Assembly: GCF_037042905.1 (NCBI RefSeq)
Contig: NC_087246.1
Location: 1,924,001 to 1,988,000 of the forward strand
Reading direction: 5' to 3'
Source: Lytechinus pictus
Taxonomy: Eukaryota
DNA length: 64,000 bases
The notes under the pieces were generated by a model. That model was not told where the DNA came from. It saw nothing but the letters and a program-made list of their open reading frames with translations, and made no database searches. Shown piece by piece: positions 42,601 to 54,810 of the stretch; position 1 is the first letter of the stretch, and the number at the start of each line of letters is the position of its first letter. A program made the translations under genes and the position numbers.

Positions 42601-44718
42601 CCAAATGGATGGGGCAGAACTACTTGAAAATCAACCAGGCGAAGTCTGAATTCATTTTCTTTGGCTCTTCCCAACAGATCAAAAAGGTCATCATTCCTAA
42701 CCTAAAAATTGGTGATGTACATGTTGAGCCTGTTTCTAAAGTTCGCTCGCTAGGTTTGACACTTGATAGTACTATGTCTATGGAACCACAAATCTCTAGC
42801 TGCATCAGATCATCATTTTATCACATTAGGCAGATTCGTCGGATCCGGGATTACCTGAATCCCCATGCAACGAAGCAGGCAGTTCATGCTCTTGTCACAT
42901 CACGTTTGGATATGTACAACAGTACTTTGGTTGGACTGCCTGATACTCAAATAAAACGACTACAGAAGGTCCAGAATTCTGCCGCACGACTTGTAAAGCG
43001 TTCAAAGTTGTCGGATCATATCACCCCAGTTCTCAAGGAATTACATTGGCTGCCTGTTAGGCAAAGACTTGCATATAAAGTTCTTTCCTTGGTCTTTAAA
43101 CTGAAAACCAACCAGACACCAGTGTACCTATCAGATCTTCTGGAGTTGAAGAGATCGTGTAGACCCGGTCTTCGTTCAGGGAATGTTCACCAGCTCCAAC
43201 AAGTTAGAGTGAAAAGGTCCTGGGGTGACAGATCTTTTTCCGTTGCTGGTCCCCGTTTGTGGAATTCAATCCCATCGGACATTAAGTCGTGCCAGTCAAG
43301 AGAGCTATTCCACAGCAAATTGAAGACTTACCTCATGAGGGAAGCATTTCCTTAACTGTTGTGTGATAAGGCCATTTTTTATTTTTTGACTACCAACTTA
43401 ACTGATTGTGTATTTTTTCTTCTCAGTTTGTTCATTTTTATGTATTTATTGATTTCTGTTTTATATAAGTAGTTAATTGTGCGCCTTGAGTGTCATCGAC
43501 AGATATGTGCGCTATACAAATCTTTAATTATTATTATTATTATTATAATTTTATAAGTAATATTTTTTTTAAAATAATCGTTTGAAAGAATTGAGTGATA
43601 CACTTAATTTAATGTCATCAGGTAATGCATTCCAAATTTTAGGACCCTTAAAGAATATAGAATTTATACCAATATTGGTTCTCTCAAATGGCAAGTGAAA
43701 ATCTAAAGGCTTTCGCATATTATACAAGTAAAAATAACAATTCAATTCGAAAAATGTTGAAAGACTATATGGTATAATTTTATTAAAAACTAAAAACATG
43801 AACACTGCAATATTAAAATCATTCATATAAAAAATATTTAATAACTTCAATTCTTTGAAAATTGGTTTAGAATGGGCAAGGTAATTGGCATGAAAAACTA
43901 TTCTTATGGCTTTCTTTTGTAATAAGAATAATCTCATCATTGAATAATTTCTAGAATTGGCCCATACAATATTGCAATAGTTTAAATGAGGTGAAATTAT
44001 AGCATTGTAAATCATCAATAAAATTTTACGTGGAAAATGCTTCAACCTATAAAGAACGCCAAATGCATTTTGAAACTTTGTTACAAACTTGATTGATGTG
44101 CTCATGCCATAACAGTTTATTATTCACAATCACCCCAAGAAAATTGATAGACGTAGCAACATTTATTTTATTACCATTCATTTCAATAATAATGTTATTG
44201 TAATTAATTTTCTTATTGGTGAATATCATACATTGAGTTTTATTTACATTTAAAATCAATCTATTTACAACAAGCCACTGAGATAGTTTGCACAACTCAT
44301 TATTGAAGTTAACCATTAAACTGTTAATATTTGTGTCAGACATAAAAACACTTGTATCATCAGCATACAAGATAAAATGTAATTTCTCAGAAATATTGCA
44401 TACATCTTTTATATAAATAAGAAATAATAAAGGTCCCAGGATGGACCCCTGAGGCACTCCGCATCCTACTGTATATAATTCGGATTTAACATTATTAATA
44501 AAAACATATTGTTTACGATTAAATAAATAACTTTCAAATAAATCTAAGAAGGACACCACGAATACCATAATTTTGTAACTTATATAAAATAATATTATGA
44601 TCTAAAGTGTCAAATGCCTTACTCAAATCCAAAAATAATCCAAATAATATTTCTTTATAATTAAAAGCAGTTGAGACTTTACAAACTAAATCAGCTAATG
44701 CAGAGGATGTGGAGTGCC
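39640..44718 (-). mobile_element. Degenerate Crack/Daphne/L2-group LINE fragment (RT remnant 43569-44715; 3' tail 39640-39890) split by the L2 insertion
   Basis: Frameshifted LDLSKAFDTLDH, GVPQGSILGPLLFLIY, YADDT, FLG, YCNIVW, LQKKAIRI and GPKIWNALP motifs; the tail lies on the far side of the inserted L2. Confidence 0.85.
40119..43355 (+). mobile_element. Apparently intact L2-clade LINE ORF (APE endonuclease + reverse transcriptase), about 1057-1078 aa; element spans about 39900-43545
   Basis: APE motifs NLRS, TETW, GGGV, IYRP, GDFN, TLDL, SDH; RT motifs NYRPV, QSAYR, LDLSSAFDTVDH, PQGSVLGP, YADD; C-terminal LHWLPV and FSVAGPRLWN. First ATG at 40182. 3' tail GCGCCTTGAG..GCGCTATACAAAT followed by (ATT)n. 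Confidence 0.95.
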
Positions 44719-45047
44719 CGGGAAGCGAAATTATTTTTCCCACCGAGTTCTGGACTAACATATGAATATTCATGACTTGCGTCTTCGGATTGAGAGTACG
44801 CATGCGCGTGGACTTGGCCTCGACCAGTGCCGATCGTAAGCATTCACGTTGCTCAGAATGAATTAGCATCGTCAAATTACCGGTACCCTTACATATAGTT
44901 ACATAGGTCTTATAGGCTTAGATCTATATATATATATATATATCCAATTCTTAAACACTTAATAAACTAGCTGCCATTAATGGCAAGACATGTGCTAGCT
45001 TAGGCTAGCGCATTAACTTTACCTCAAATCTGGACCTGTCTAATTAT

Positions 45048-46361
45048 CCCAGAAGGAAAAACCAGTAAGACCAGTAAGAATTTTTACTGGTTTCCAGTAG
45101 AATTTTACTGGTTTCCAGTATATTTTTACTGGGCCAGTTGATTTTTAACTGGACCAGTAAAAATCAACTGGAGACCAGTTCCAACAATTGCATTCAAGTT
45201 GAAGCAATTAGTAATACCAGTTAAATTGTTTTTCATCAAACTGGTGTTTCTGGTCCAATAAATGGTTTCCAGTAGATTTTTACTGGTTTCCAGTTTATGT
45301 TTACTGGACCAGTTGATTTTTAACTGGACCAGTAAAAATTAACTGGAAACCAGTTCAAACAATTGCATTCCAGTTGAAGCAAAGTAGTAATACCAGTTAA
45401 ATTGTTTTTCATCAAACTGGTGTTACTGGTCCAATAAATAATGACTTTATTTCAAGTCATATCATTTGACGAATTATGGAAAATGAATCTTGCAATTTAG
45501 AGAAAGTTATTATCGTTATCATTGTTATCATCATTCTTCTTATAATTATCATAATTATTATTATTATGATTATTATGATCATTGTTGTTATCATTCTTAT
45601 TACTGTTATCATTGTTATTGATATTGTAATTATTATTATTAATATTATCATAATTATCAAGTATTAACATTATCATTAAAATAATTATTTCCTTTATGAT
45701 TAAGATCAAAGCAAGATATATTCCTCTGATATAGTCAACTGGTCTAAAGTAATTCATTGTTTGAAATTGAACTGGTCAAGACCAGTAATACCAGTAATTC
45801 TGATCATGTGGTTTACCTCATTAGCATAATACCTATTTTAAAAAGAAAAATCAGGATTTAGAATGGAATATCCTTGCAATGGCACTCATTGTTGTTTAAA
45901 AAATTTCCAAATAAGTGTGTGAACTAATTCACAATGAAAATATGTAATTTCATATATCACATTTAAAATAACAGCAGAAAGATTAATTTACTAACCATCT
46001 TTTCCATCACATTTCACTGACCATGGTATATAACAAACCACATGCATGTAATAAATTGATCCAGTAAGACCCGTACGAGGACCAGTTCGACCAGTTCGAG
46101 GACCAGTCAGACCAGTAGAAAATACCAATAAAGACCAGCTTGAATTGGATACCAGTATGAAGACCAGTGAGACCAGTAACAACCACCAGAAACAAAACCA
46201 GTATAAAATTCCAGTAATTCAAGACCAGTTTAATTTTTAACTGGACCAGTAAAATTTAACTGGACCAGTTAGACCAGTAAACCGATGTTCAAATTTCCAG
46301 AGTTACCAGTTAAAATTCTACTGGTCTAACTGGTCCAGTGGAACTGGTTTTTCCTTCTGGG
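45048..46361. mobile_element. CCCAG-terminated non-autonomous element (CMC/EnSpm-like)
   Basis: Perfect 19-bp TIR CCCAGAAGGAAAAACCAGT; 2-bp TSD AT; dense ACCAGT/ACTGG subterminal repeats; internal (ATT)n. Confidence 0.8.
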
Positions 46362-46383
46362 ATGCCTAGTACTAATCAGTGTT

Positions 46384-46636
46384 ATAATTTATGAAGGTTT
46401 CCATGGCGAAGAAGAATAGTGTAGTAGGTTTCACGGTACACCATGTATCTTTCTTGGGCAGATGTTGGTCCTTTTCAGGACCACCCAATCTCGACGTTTC
46501 GACAAGTGTGTTCTTGTCGTTTTCTCCTGAGGACGACAAGAACACACTTGTCGAAACGTCGAGATTGGGTGGTCCTTTTCAGGACCAACATCTGCCCAAG
46601 AAAGATACATGGTGTACCGTGAAACCTACTACACTA
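46384..46636. mobile_element. Penelope-like palindromic terminal remnant with hammerhead motif
   Basis: About 104-bp inverted arms (46417-46520 / 46533-46636); flanking duplication ACTAATCAGTGTT (46371-46383, 46633-46645). Confidence 0.75.
46523..46564 (+). ncRNA. Minimal type I hammerhead ribozyme motif (PLE-type)
   Basis: TCTC-CTGAGGA-C-GACAAG(AACACA)CTTGTC-GAAACGTC-GAGA: stem I TCTC/GAGA, core CUGANGA...GAAA, stem II 6 bp, palindromic ACGU stem III, GUC cleavage triplet. Confidence 0.7.
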
Positions 46637-46638
46637 AT

Positions 46639-49477
46639 CAGTGTTGTAGTGCCTTGATGCTCGGCCTTGGCCTTAAGGCGCCTTAATGCCTTGCTACTTT
46701 TTCAAAGCCTTGGCATCGAGAAGGCCTTGGCCTTGAGGATTTTGAGCCTTGAAATTTTAAGGCATTTTCTTGGCATTTTCAAGGCTTTTTCAAGGCATTT
46801 TGTATTTTGTACTTTCATTTGTTTTAAATAAGTAATTATAAATGTTTCAATTGTTTTTTTAATATATATTTAATAACACTAATGGTCAATACTACCAATC
46901 ACCAGTAACAGTAGCAGCAGCAGTAGTAAGTGTACTAGCAGTGTCATCAATTGTAATTTTCACCATTATCAAGAAATTCAAACAAAGAATACATCAGTTA
47001 TGAAAAATAGCATTATGTATTGGTAATGTGTTGTAATCATATGATGATAATGACAGTAAATAATAATGGCCATGATCAAGATAATAGTGCTTTGATGACA
47101 ATAATAATTTTTACATCTGACTGCAATTTTTGACAACAATTTTCATACTTAAAACATAGCTAACTCTAAAGAACGATAACAAGGTTGATTTCTAGTCCAT
47201 TAGGATTTTCCTTGTATTATTTTCTTTGGCCAACAAGAATGTTTTAAGTCTTAATGATATTCTGAAAAGATTTGGTAAACTTGAACAGTCTCCAATTTTG
47301 TCATATCCAAATGGGTTATGTCAATGGCATGATGAGCCAGAAACTTTGAGGGGCCAAGCATGGCATATATAGAGCAAAATTTCTGTCAAAAAAAAAGAAG
47401 AAAGCGATTGAAGCGAGCGAGTGAACAAAATTTGTCCCCCTCTTTCTATAAGAAAAGCTAATTTTGCAATAGATTGTTTAAAAAATTAATATCACATTTA
47501 CTCCATCTTTTCCTTTCCCTCCCCCCCCTTATCTAAGTGTATTCTTGGTGGTGGAACTTCTTCTTCTCTCTATCTCTCTTCTAAATTTTATATTTGTTTT
47601 GGGTCAGATTGACAAAACAAAGGGGAAAAAACGTTTACTTCTTTTTAATCATATATCGTTCAGCATTGAATCTCATTTCTCTACAGTTTCAAGGAAATAA
47701 ACAACGTATTTGTTTTTGTGTCAATATGGTTTCAAGAAATAATAATTAACAAAAATAATTTAATAATTAATAATTATTCATATTATCAATAAGTATTAAT
47801 AATTAATGATTAATAAACTGTTTAATAAAAGTGGTTGTAAGCAGAAAAAAATATGAAAGCTGACAAGAGTCCTAAAAATGACTCATTTTCAGTTTAAGCA
47901 TTTGAAAATTTTAGCTTGCGCTTTGTGCTCTCTTGCCCCCCCCCCCTCCAAAAAAAAAAATCCTACAAATGAAATATGCCCTTTTTAAAAAAGAAATACC
48001 TTCTTTAATAATAAAACATAATACATTTTAGGTTCGAAAATCACAGATTTTGAATCGTGCTTGCATCAATTATTGTTTAGTACAGTACTGCTAATGGTTA
48101 CAAAAATGTATAGAATGTTGCTTTATGGTTGAAATATCACAAATATTTGGCTCGCTTCCTGCACTCGCATCAATTATTGTACTCGTTCTCTTCCCGTTCA
48201 CAAAAAAATGCTTAGAATGTCCAGTTTTCAGGTTGGAATATCACAAATTTTTGAGCTCGCGCTTTGCGCTCGCATTATTTTTTATTGGTGAGTTATGTAT
48301 CTTATTTAAAATGCAGTAATTAACTGCTTAATTAACTGCTTCCTTTACTGGTCAGTATATAAAAAGAATTAGCGAGCGCAAAGTTATTTTTTAGTTAGAT
48401 ACACATCTTTTTCATGATTAAAAAACCAGCTCAGAATAAAATAATTTCCATGTCTTATTACACGACATGTCAAGAAGTTTGAGCTGGTGATTCGCGCTGA
48501 CAACATCGCGCAAGGAAATTTCAACAATGATTAGCCCCATAATTGACCATAAATCAAGTTTTACAACATCAGAATTGATTTTTTTTTCAAAACCGCTTGC
48601 TCGCAATGCTTTCTCGCTGAGAAGTAAAACCTAAAGCAAAATATCTATCTTATAATTGGAGGCGCGATAGCTCAGTCGGTAGAGCGGGGGACTCGTATTC
48701 CGGTGACCCGGGTTCGATTCCCACTTGGTGCGCTTAGTGCCCTTTGGTAAGGCATTAATCCTCAGTACCAGGTCCTTCGGAGGGGACCTTAAGCCGTCGG
48801 TCCTCTGGTTGCTTGCTTACAAGCATTCATGCTTTCTTAGCAATCAGGTAAAAAAAAAAATCACCACCACCAATCAATAATTAAAAATCATTTTAGAAGG
48901 CCTTTGCTCAACTTAATTTTTATAAAACACACAATTACTTCACGCAGTTCATAATCTCATTTTGAAAATACATGTATCTGTTTGCACAAAAAAACTCATT
49001 TTGATAAATGGGTGCCTTTTTGGCGTTGACCCCCCCCCCCCCATAATAATTTTCTGCTGCCCCTGTCCCAGGGAGTGGAGAAAAACATACGTTGAGAATG
49101 CCAGGATCAGATGACCGTGGTAATAATAATTATTGCAATGTAAATCGCCTATAGAAAAATTATGGATTATGTGTACACAGGTAACTATATCATTATTTTA
49201 ATATGTCTCTATCATGAAATTATTTTTGTTTTAAATGTACAAAGGTTAATTTTTTTCTCGCTCAGTCCCCTCGCTCACATACATTTTACCATGTGTGATG
49301 TCTGCCGCCTAAGTATTGTTAGTTCATTGTTCTGTATATCGTAAGTTTGAAATGCCTTGGCCTTGAGGTTTTCAGGCCTTGGCCTTGGGTTTCCATGCCT
49401 TGGCCTTTGGTATTGAAGCCTTTGCCTTGGGTATTAAAGCATTGGCCTTGGAGGTTTGAGCCTTGACTACAACACTG
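46639..49477. mobile_element. hAT-like non-autonomous element with CAGTGTTGTAGT termini and nested repeats
   Basis: CAGTGTTGTAGT ... ACTACAACACTG; GCCTTG/CAAGGC subterminal repeats at both ends; TSD not preserved. Confidence 0.65.
48658..48875 (+). mobile_element. tRNA-derived SINE
   Basis: A box TAGCTCAGTCGG, B box GGTTCGATTCCC, non-tRNA body with GGTCCTTCGGAGGGGACC hairpin, A-rich end. Confidence 0.8.
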
Positions 49478-50789
49478 AATAGCCGTCTAATGCCGTGGTT
49501 AACTTCGAACTGGTTAATTCCGAACTTTACGTTTAATTAGGTTTAGACAAATATTAGCTTATGTGCCATATGGTTTAATATGTCTAGTCCGTATACAAAA
49601 CCAGTCCTAGATGTAATTTTTTTTAAAATCTTAGTTCTAGTCTAGTCTCTAGATCTAGACTCTGATCTACGCTGTACCAGCATGGAACCACTAGTGTACC
49701 AAGGGGGGGGGGGGGGGGTAGACTGCCCCTCTGACGAGTCACAACTGATTTAGGGGACGTGTCCCCCCCCCCTTTAAGAAGCCAAATAAATACGTTTGTC
49801 CCCTATTTTGAACGTGAAGATCTTATTTTTTTTGCTTGTCAATTTTTTTTCAGCTAAGAAATCCTTAATTTGGGGTGAAGACCCTTTTTTTTTTGGGGGG
49901 GGGGGGGGCTTGTCACATTTTTTCGCGGACGAAATATCCTCCAAAAAATGTGACCCCCTTTTGGAAAATCCTAGGTACGCCAGTGCGTGCATGGAATGTA
50001 TTCTAACGTCAGGCACAAATTAATGTCAGTGATCTTAATCCCCGTCTTCACCCCAAATTAAGGATTTCTTAGCTGAAAAAAATTGACAAGCAAAAAAAAA
50101 AAAAAGATCTTCACGTTCAAAAGAGGGGACGTCCCCTGGATCAGTTGTGACTCGTCATGGGGGCAGTCTGTCCCCCCCCCCTTGGTATACCTAGTGGTTC
50201 CATGCCCCCCCCCCCTTTGGTATACCTAGTGGTTCCATGCTGATACAGCGTAGATCAGAGTCTAGATCTATAGAGACTAGACTAGAACTAAGATATTTTT
50301 TTTTAGATCTACGACTGGTTCTGTATACGGACTAGACATATTAAACCAAGGTAAATAAGCTAATATTGGTCCAAACCTATAATCAAACGTAAAGTTCGGA
50401 ATTAACCAGTTCGAAGTTAACCATGCCATTAGTCGGCTATTCCTATTATTAGACATTAGACAGGTCCAGATTTGAGGTAAAGTTAATGCGCTAGCCTAAG
50501 CGAGCCCTACCCTAGCACATGTCTTGCCATTAATGGCAGCTAGTTTGATAAGTGTTAAAGAAGTGGATATAGATATACATGTAGATCTAAGCCTAGTATA
50601 AGGTCTACGTAACTATGTAAGGGTACCGGTAATTTGACGATGCTAATTCATTCTGAGCAACGTGAATGCTTACGACCGGCACTGGTCGTGGCAAAGTCCA
50701 CGCGCATGCGTACTCTTAATCCGAAGACGCAAGTCATGAATATTCATATGTTGGTCCAGAACTCGGTGGGAAAAATAATTTCGCGGCCC

Positions 50790-53700
50790 TCCCCCCCCCC
50801 CTCTTGGCGGAGCAAAAAAAAAAAGGGAAAGAAAGAAGGAAAAAAGGAGGGAAAAGAGAGGAGAAAAAGAAAAGAAGGACTACGAGTGCATAAAATAAGA
50901 TGAGGGGAAGACTTGGAAAATAAAAATAATCTTTCGTGCCACTATATAAAATTTTCGCTCGCACTTCGCGCTCGCATTGCCTGTTAGGTGATTTACATAT
51001 CTTGTTCAATATGGAGTTCGAATATCAAGTTTGGAAGTCAATATACAAAACATATTTCACCTCGGAAATCGAACTTTCATTAATTTGTGTAATTTACAAA
51101 TTGGTTTTTTAAAAGTGCTCTGTAAAAATGTCAGTTTTATGGTCAGAATGTTAACATTTGCTGCTTGCGCTGCGCGCTCGCAAATTTTGATTTATCAGGT
51201 ACCTATTATTTTCGTGTATTCCATAAAGTTTTCAAAATATCCCTTTTCAGATCTGATTGTCAAGACGTATCAGCTAGCGCGCTGTACGCTCGCATTTTGA
51301 TTGGCGAGTTATATAAATGTTTCAATATTGATTATACAACAAACTGCTTAAAATCCCCCTTTGATTACAGTTTATCAAAAATTTTAGCTCGCGATTTGCG
51401 CTCGCATTAATGGTTAAAAATATATTAACTGATGCATCCTATTCATAATAAACAAAAGTGAAATGTCCAGTTTTTATGCCATGATATCATCAGATTTCGC
51501 GCCTTCATTAGGCATTAATAAATATGATATTAATTTAATAATTAAATTGTCCCTTTTGTTTCATCTCGCGCTTAGCAAGAGGAATAGGAAGATATAGTCA
51601 TCATTTTCATATGATGACATGTCGTAAGGATGTCCCGGTCCTATGTCAAAACTCAAAGTAATAATAATATCAGCTCTTTTTTTAGTGCGATCCATATCTA
51701 CCTTACAATTTTTCTACAAAGTGCTTCAAATATAAAGCTGAAATTGACTCTTTTTTTCAGATCGGAATATCAAAGTTTCATGATTTTCATGATTAAAGTT
51801 GTATTTAGAATGCCTAGATTCTAGGTCTAAATATGAAACACGCTCGCGCATGTTTATTCAGATACTCAATTTGTTCTCTAATTTAAATCATTATCCAGTT
51901 TCAGATCACAATATCAATTTTTTTCTGCTCGCGCTTTGTGCTCGCATTATTAATGTAGAAAGACTCCATATTACTCATCCTTTTGATGATTTACAAAACA
52001 TGAACAGAGTGGCCCATTTTTGTCTCACCTGCATAGCAGAGTGAGACTATAGGCGCCGCTTTTCCGACGGCGACGGCGGCGGCGGCGTCAACACCAAATC
52101 TTAACCTGAGGTTAAGTTTTTGAAATGACAGCATAACTTAGAAAGTATATGGACCTAGTTCATGAAACTTGGCCATAAGGTTAATCAAGTATTACTGAAC
52201 ATCCTGCCTGAGTTTCATGTCACATGACCAAGGTCAAAGGTCATTTAGGGTCAATGAACTTAGACCATGTTGGGGGAATCAACATCAAAATCTTAACCTA
52301 AGGTTAAGTTTTTGAAATGTCATCATAACTTAGAAAATATATGGACCTAGTTCATGAAACTTATACATAAGGTTAATCAAGTATCACTGAACATCCTGCA
52401 TGAGTTTCACGTCACATGAACAAGGTCAAAGGTCATTTAGGGTCAATGAACTTTGGCCGAATTGGGGGTATCTGTTGAATTACCATCATAACTTTGAAAG
52501 TTTATGGATCTGATTCATGAAACTTGGACATAATAGTAATCAAGTATTACTGAACATCCTGTGCAAGTTTCAGGTCACATGATCAAGGTCAAAGGTCATT
52601 TAGGGTCAATGAACTTTGGCCAAATTGGGGTATTTGTTGAATTACAGCCATAAATTTGAAAGTGTGTTGGTCTAGTTCATAAAACTTGGACATAATAGTA
52701 ATCAAGTATCACTGAACATCCTGTGCGAGTTTCAGGTCACATGATCAAGGTCAAAGGTCATGTAAGGTCAAAGAACTTTGGCCACGTTGGGGGTATTTGT
52801 TGAATTGCCATCATATCTCTATAAGTGTATTGGTCTAGTTCATAAAACGTGGAAATAAGAGTAACCAAGTATCACTGAACATCTTGTGCGAGTTATAGTA
52901 GTTTTCAAAATCAGCACTGCTGCTATATTGAATCGCGTGATGCAGGTGAGACGGCCAGAGGCATTCCACTTGTTAGGTCTAAATCTCGAAAAAAATTCTG
53001 CTCGCGCTTCGCACTCGCATCAATCGTTAAATTATATAGTTATCCTGTTCACGATTACAAAAACTGATTAAAATTTTCCATTCTTTCTTTAGAAAGTTCA
53101 AAAAATTTTGAGCTCGCGCTTCGCGCTCGCATTTTTTGATTGTTGAAATATGTAACGCCTTCATGGCTAAGTGCAAGCAGTCCTTCACAGGTACCTTTTC
53201 AACAGGTACCAGTTCAAAACGTATATAAAAATTTTCTGCTCGCGCTTTGCGCTTGCATTATTAATACTCATCCTTTTCAGGATTTACAAAACTATTATAG
53301 GACTAAATGTCAAAATTTTCCGCTCGCGCTTCGCGCTCGCATTAATTGTTTACTTATATACCTATTCTGCTTGAATTACAAAAAGTGCTTAGAATTTCCA
53401 TTCCTTAGGTGAAAATGTCAAAAAAAATTCAGCTTGCGCTTCGCGCTCGCATTATTTGATTGACAAATGCTACTTTAACAGGTATCTTTTCCATCAGTTC
53501 ATTCTGCTCGCGCGTTGCGTTCGTAGTAATTATTTAGTTGCATACACATCTTTTTTCAGGATAACAAAACATTGCCCAGAATCAGTTCAAATTTTAGGAA
53601 AAAATACATAAAATTTCAAAAAAAAATAGCTCGCGCTTCGCGCTCGCATCATACAAATAAGGATTATGATATTATATATTAATATATAAGAATAAAGCTA

Positions 53701-53870
53701 AGAAGTGACTAATGAGGACTACCCCTTCAAAGAAACAAACAAAAATCATCTTCGTGCTGCCGATCGGGGAAAATATGGCTGAAACAAATTTCCGCCCCCC
53801 CCCCTCTATTGGCGCAGGCTGGATCCGCCCCTATGTCCCCCCTACCTTTTGGGAGAGATTTCCGCCCCTG
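50790..53870 (+). repeat. Degenerate array of GCTCGCGCTTCGCGCTCGCA-containing units (MITE interior family)
   Basis: Motif recurs every ~100-160 bp; sequence parallels 33900-36500; ends in TIR-like ...CCGCCCCTG. Confidence 0.7.
52017..52974 (+). mobile_element. Helentron-associated non-autonomous element (HINE/DINE-1-like) with internal tandem array
   Basis: Subterminal IR GTCTCACCTGCAT (52022-52034) / ATGCAGGTGAGAC (52940-52952); (GGC)n microsatellite near the 5' end; about 5 tandem units of 162-192 bp; ends CTTGTT; inserted in a T-run without a TSD. Confidence 0.75.
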
Positions 53871-54084
53871 ATAACTGGATCTACATGTAGTTGTTTTAGC
53901 TTTCGTTTTGAGTCTTGTTGTGTAGGATGCCGGCGCTGTTTCCTCTAATTTGTAATGTTTCACTTTGAAATTTTATTCATTTCTAAACCACTTAGTTTTT
54001 CAAAATTTTAAAGATATATCTAAAAAACACCAAATATCATTATCATTTCTGTTAGATAATTAGATTGCTTTTGTTTGCTTGAAG

Positions 54085-54810
54085 TTTGAAGTTTTTCCTC
54101 TTTCATTTTTATCCTTCATCCTTCTATCCTTCCTGCTTGCTTTTTTTTGTTCCATCTATCTTTTAATATTTCCTACCTTTCTTTCCTGATCCTTTCTGTG
54201 TGTTAATTTTCTTTCTTTCCTTCTTTCTCTTATCTGCCCTTTTTATTTCCTTAATTCTCTCTTTCCTTATACTTTTAATTACTTCCTTCTCCCTTCCTCA
54301 CCTTTTTCTTTTCGTTTTTTCTCTCCTTCCATTATTTTTTTCATTCTCTCCTCCCTCCAATCTTTCCTCCCTCTCTTTCATTCTTTATTTTATTTTTCCT
54401 TCTAATTCTTTCCCTCCCTCCCTTCCTCCCTTCCTTCCTTCCTTCCTCCTTCCTGTTTTCTTCTTTCTTTGTTTCTTTCTTTCAAAAAATGAAAACATTT
54501 TTCTTTCCTTCATTCTTTGTTTCCTCCTCCTTTTTCTTACTTTTTCTTTCTCACCTTTATTTTGTCTTTCACACATCTTCCCTTTCTTTCTTTTTCTTTC
54601 TTTCTATATTCGATGAATTCAACGAATAACGAAAACCTTTTTTTCTCTTTTATTCTTTCTTTCATCGTCTTTTTAATTATTCTAACTTTCTTTCATTTTT
54701 TCCCCTTCATTTTTTCTTTCTTCTTTCTCATTTCATTTCTTTTCTTTCGTCTTTTCTTTCTCTCCTTTATTCTTTCGTTCACCCCGCTCCCTTCCAATTC
54801 TTTATATTTT
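54085..54810 (+). repeat. Polypyrimidine (T/C) low-complexity tract
   Basis: Direct reading. Confidence 0.85.

Larger units (their letters stand above)
44723..50785. repeat. Large inverted duplication; left arm 44723-45044 + 49478-49882, right arm 50044-50785
   Basis: Reverse-complement match by eye (near-identical spurious peptides MTMLIHSEQRECLR... on opposite strands); left arm interrupted by about 4.4 kb of insertions. Confidence 0.85.

Noticed and set aside
45457..45757. Ile- or Asn-rich ORFs (also 28290-28565)
   Set aside because: (ATT/AAT)n microsatellites.
48658..48735. tRNA gene (also 7430-7507, 22540-22610, 61830-61900)
   Set aside because: A/B boxes are present, but the cloverleaf is incomplete and each continues into a SINE body and tail.
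50634..50903. Duplicated peptide MTMLIHSEQRECLR... (also 44534-44875) as a small gene family
   Set aside because: By-product of the inverted duplication; non-ATG start and no recognisable domain. The C-terminal part of 44534-44875 is LINE RT.
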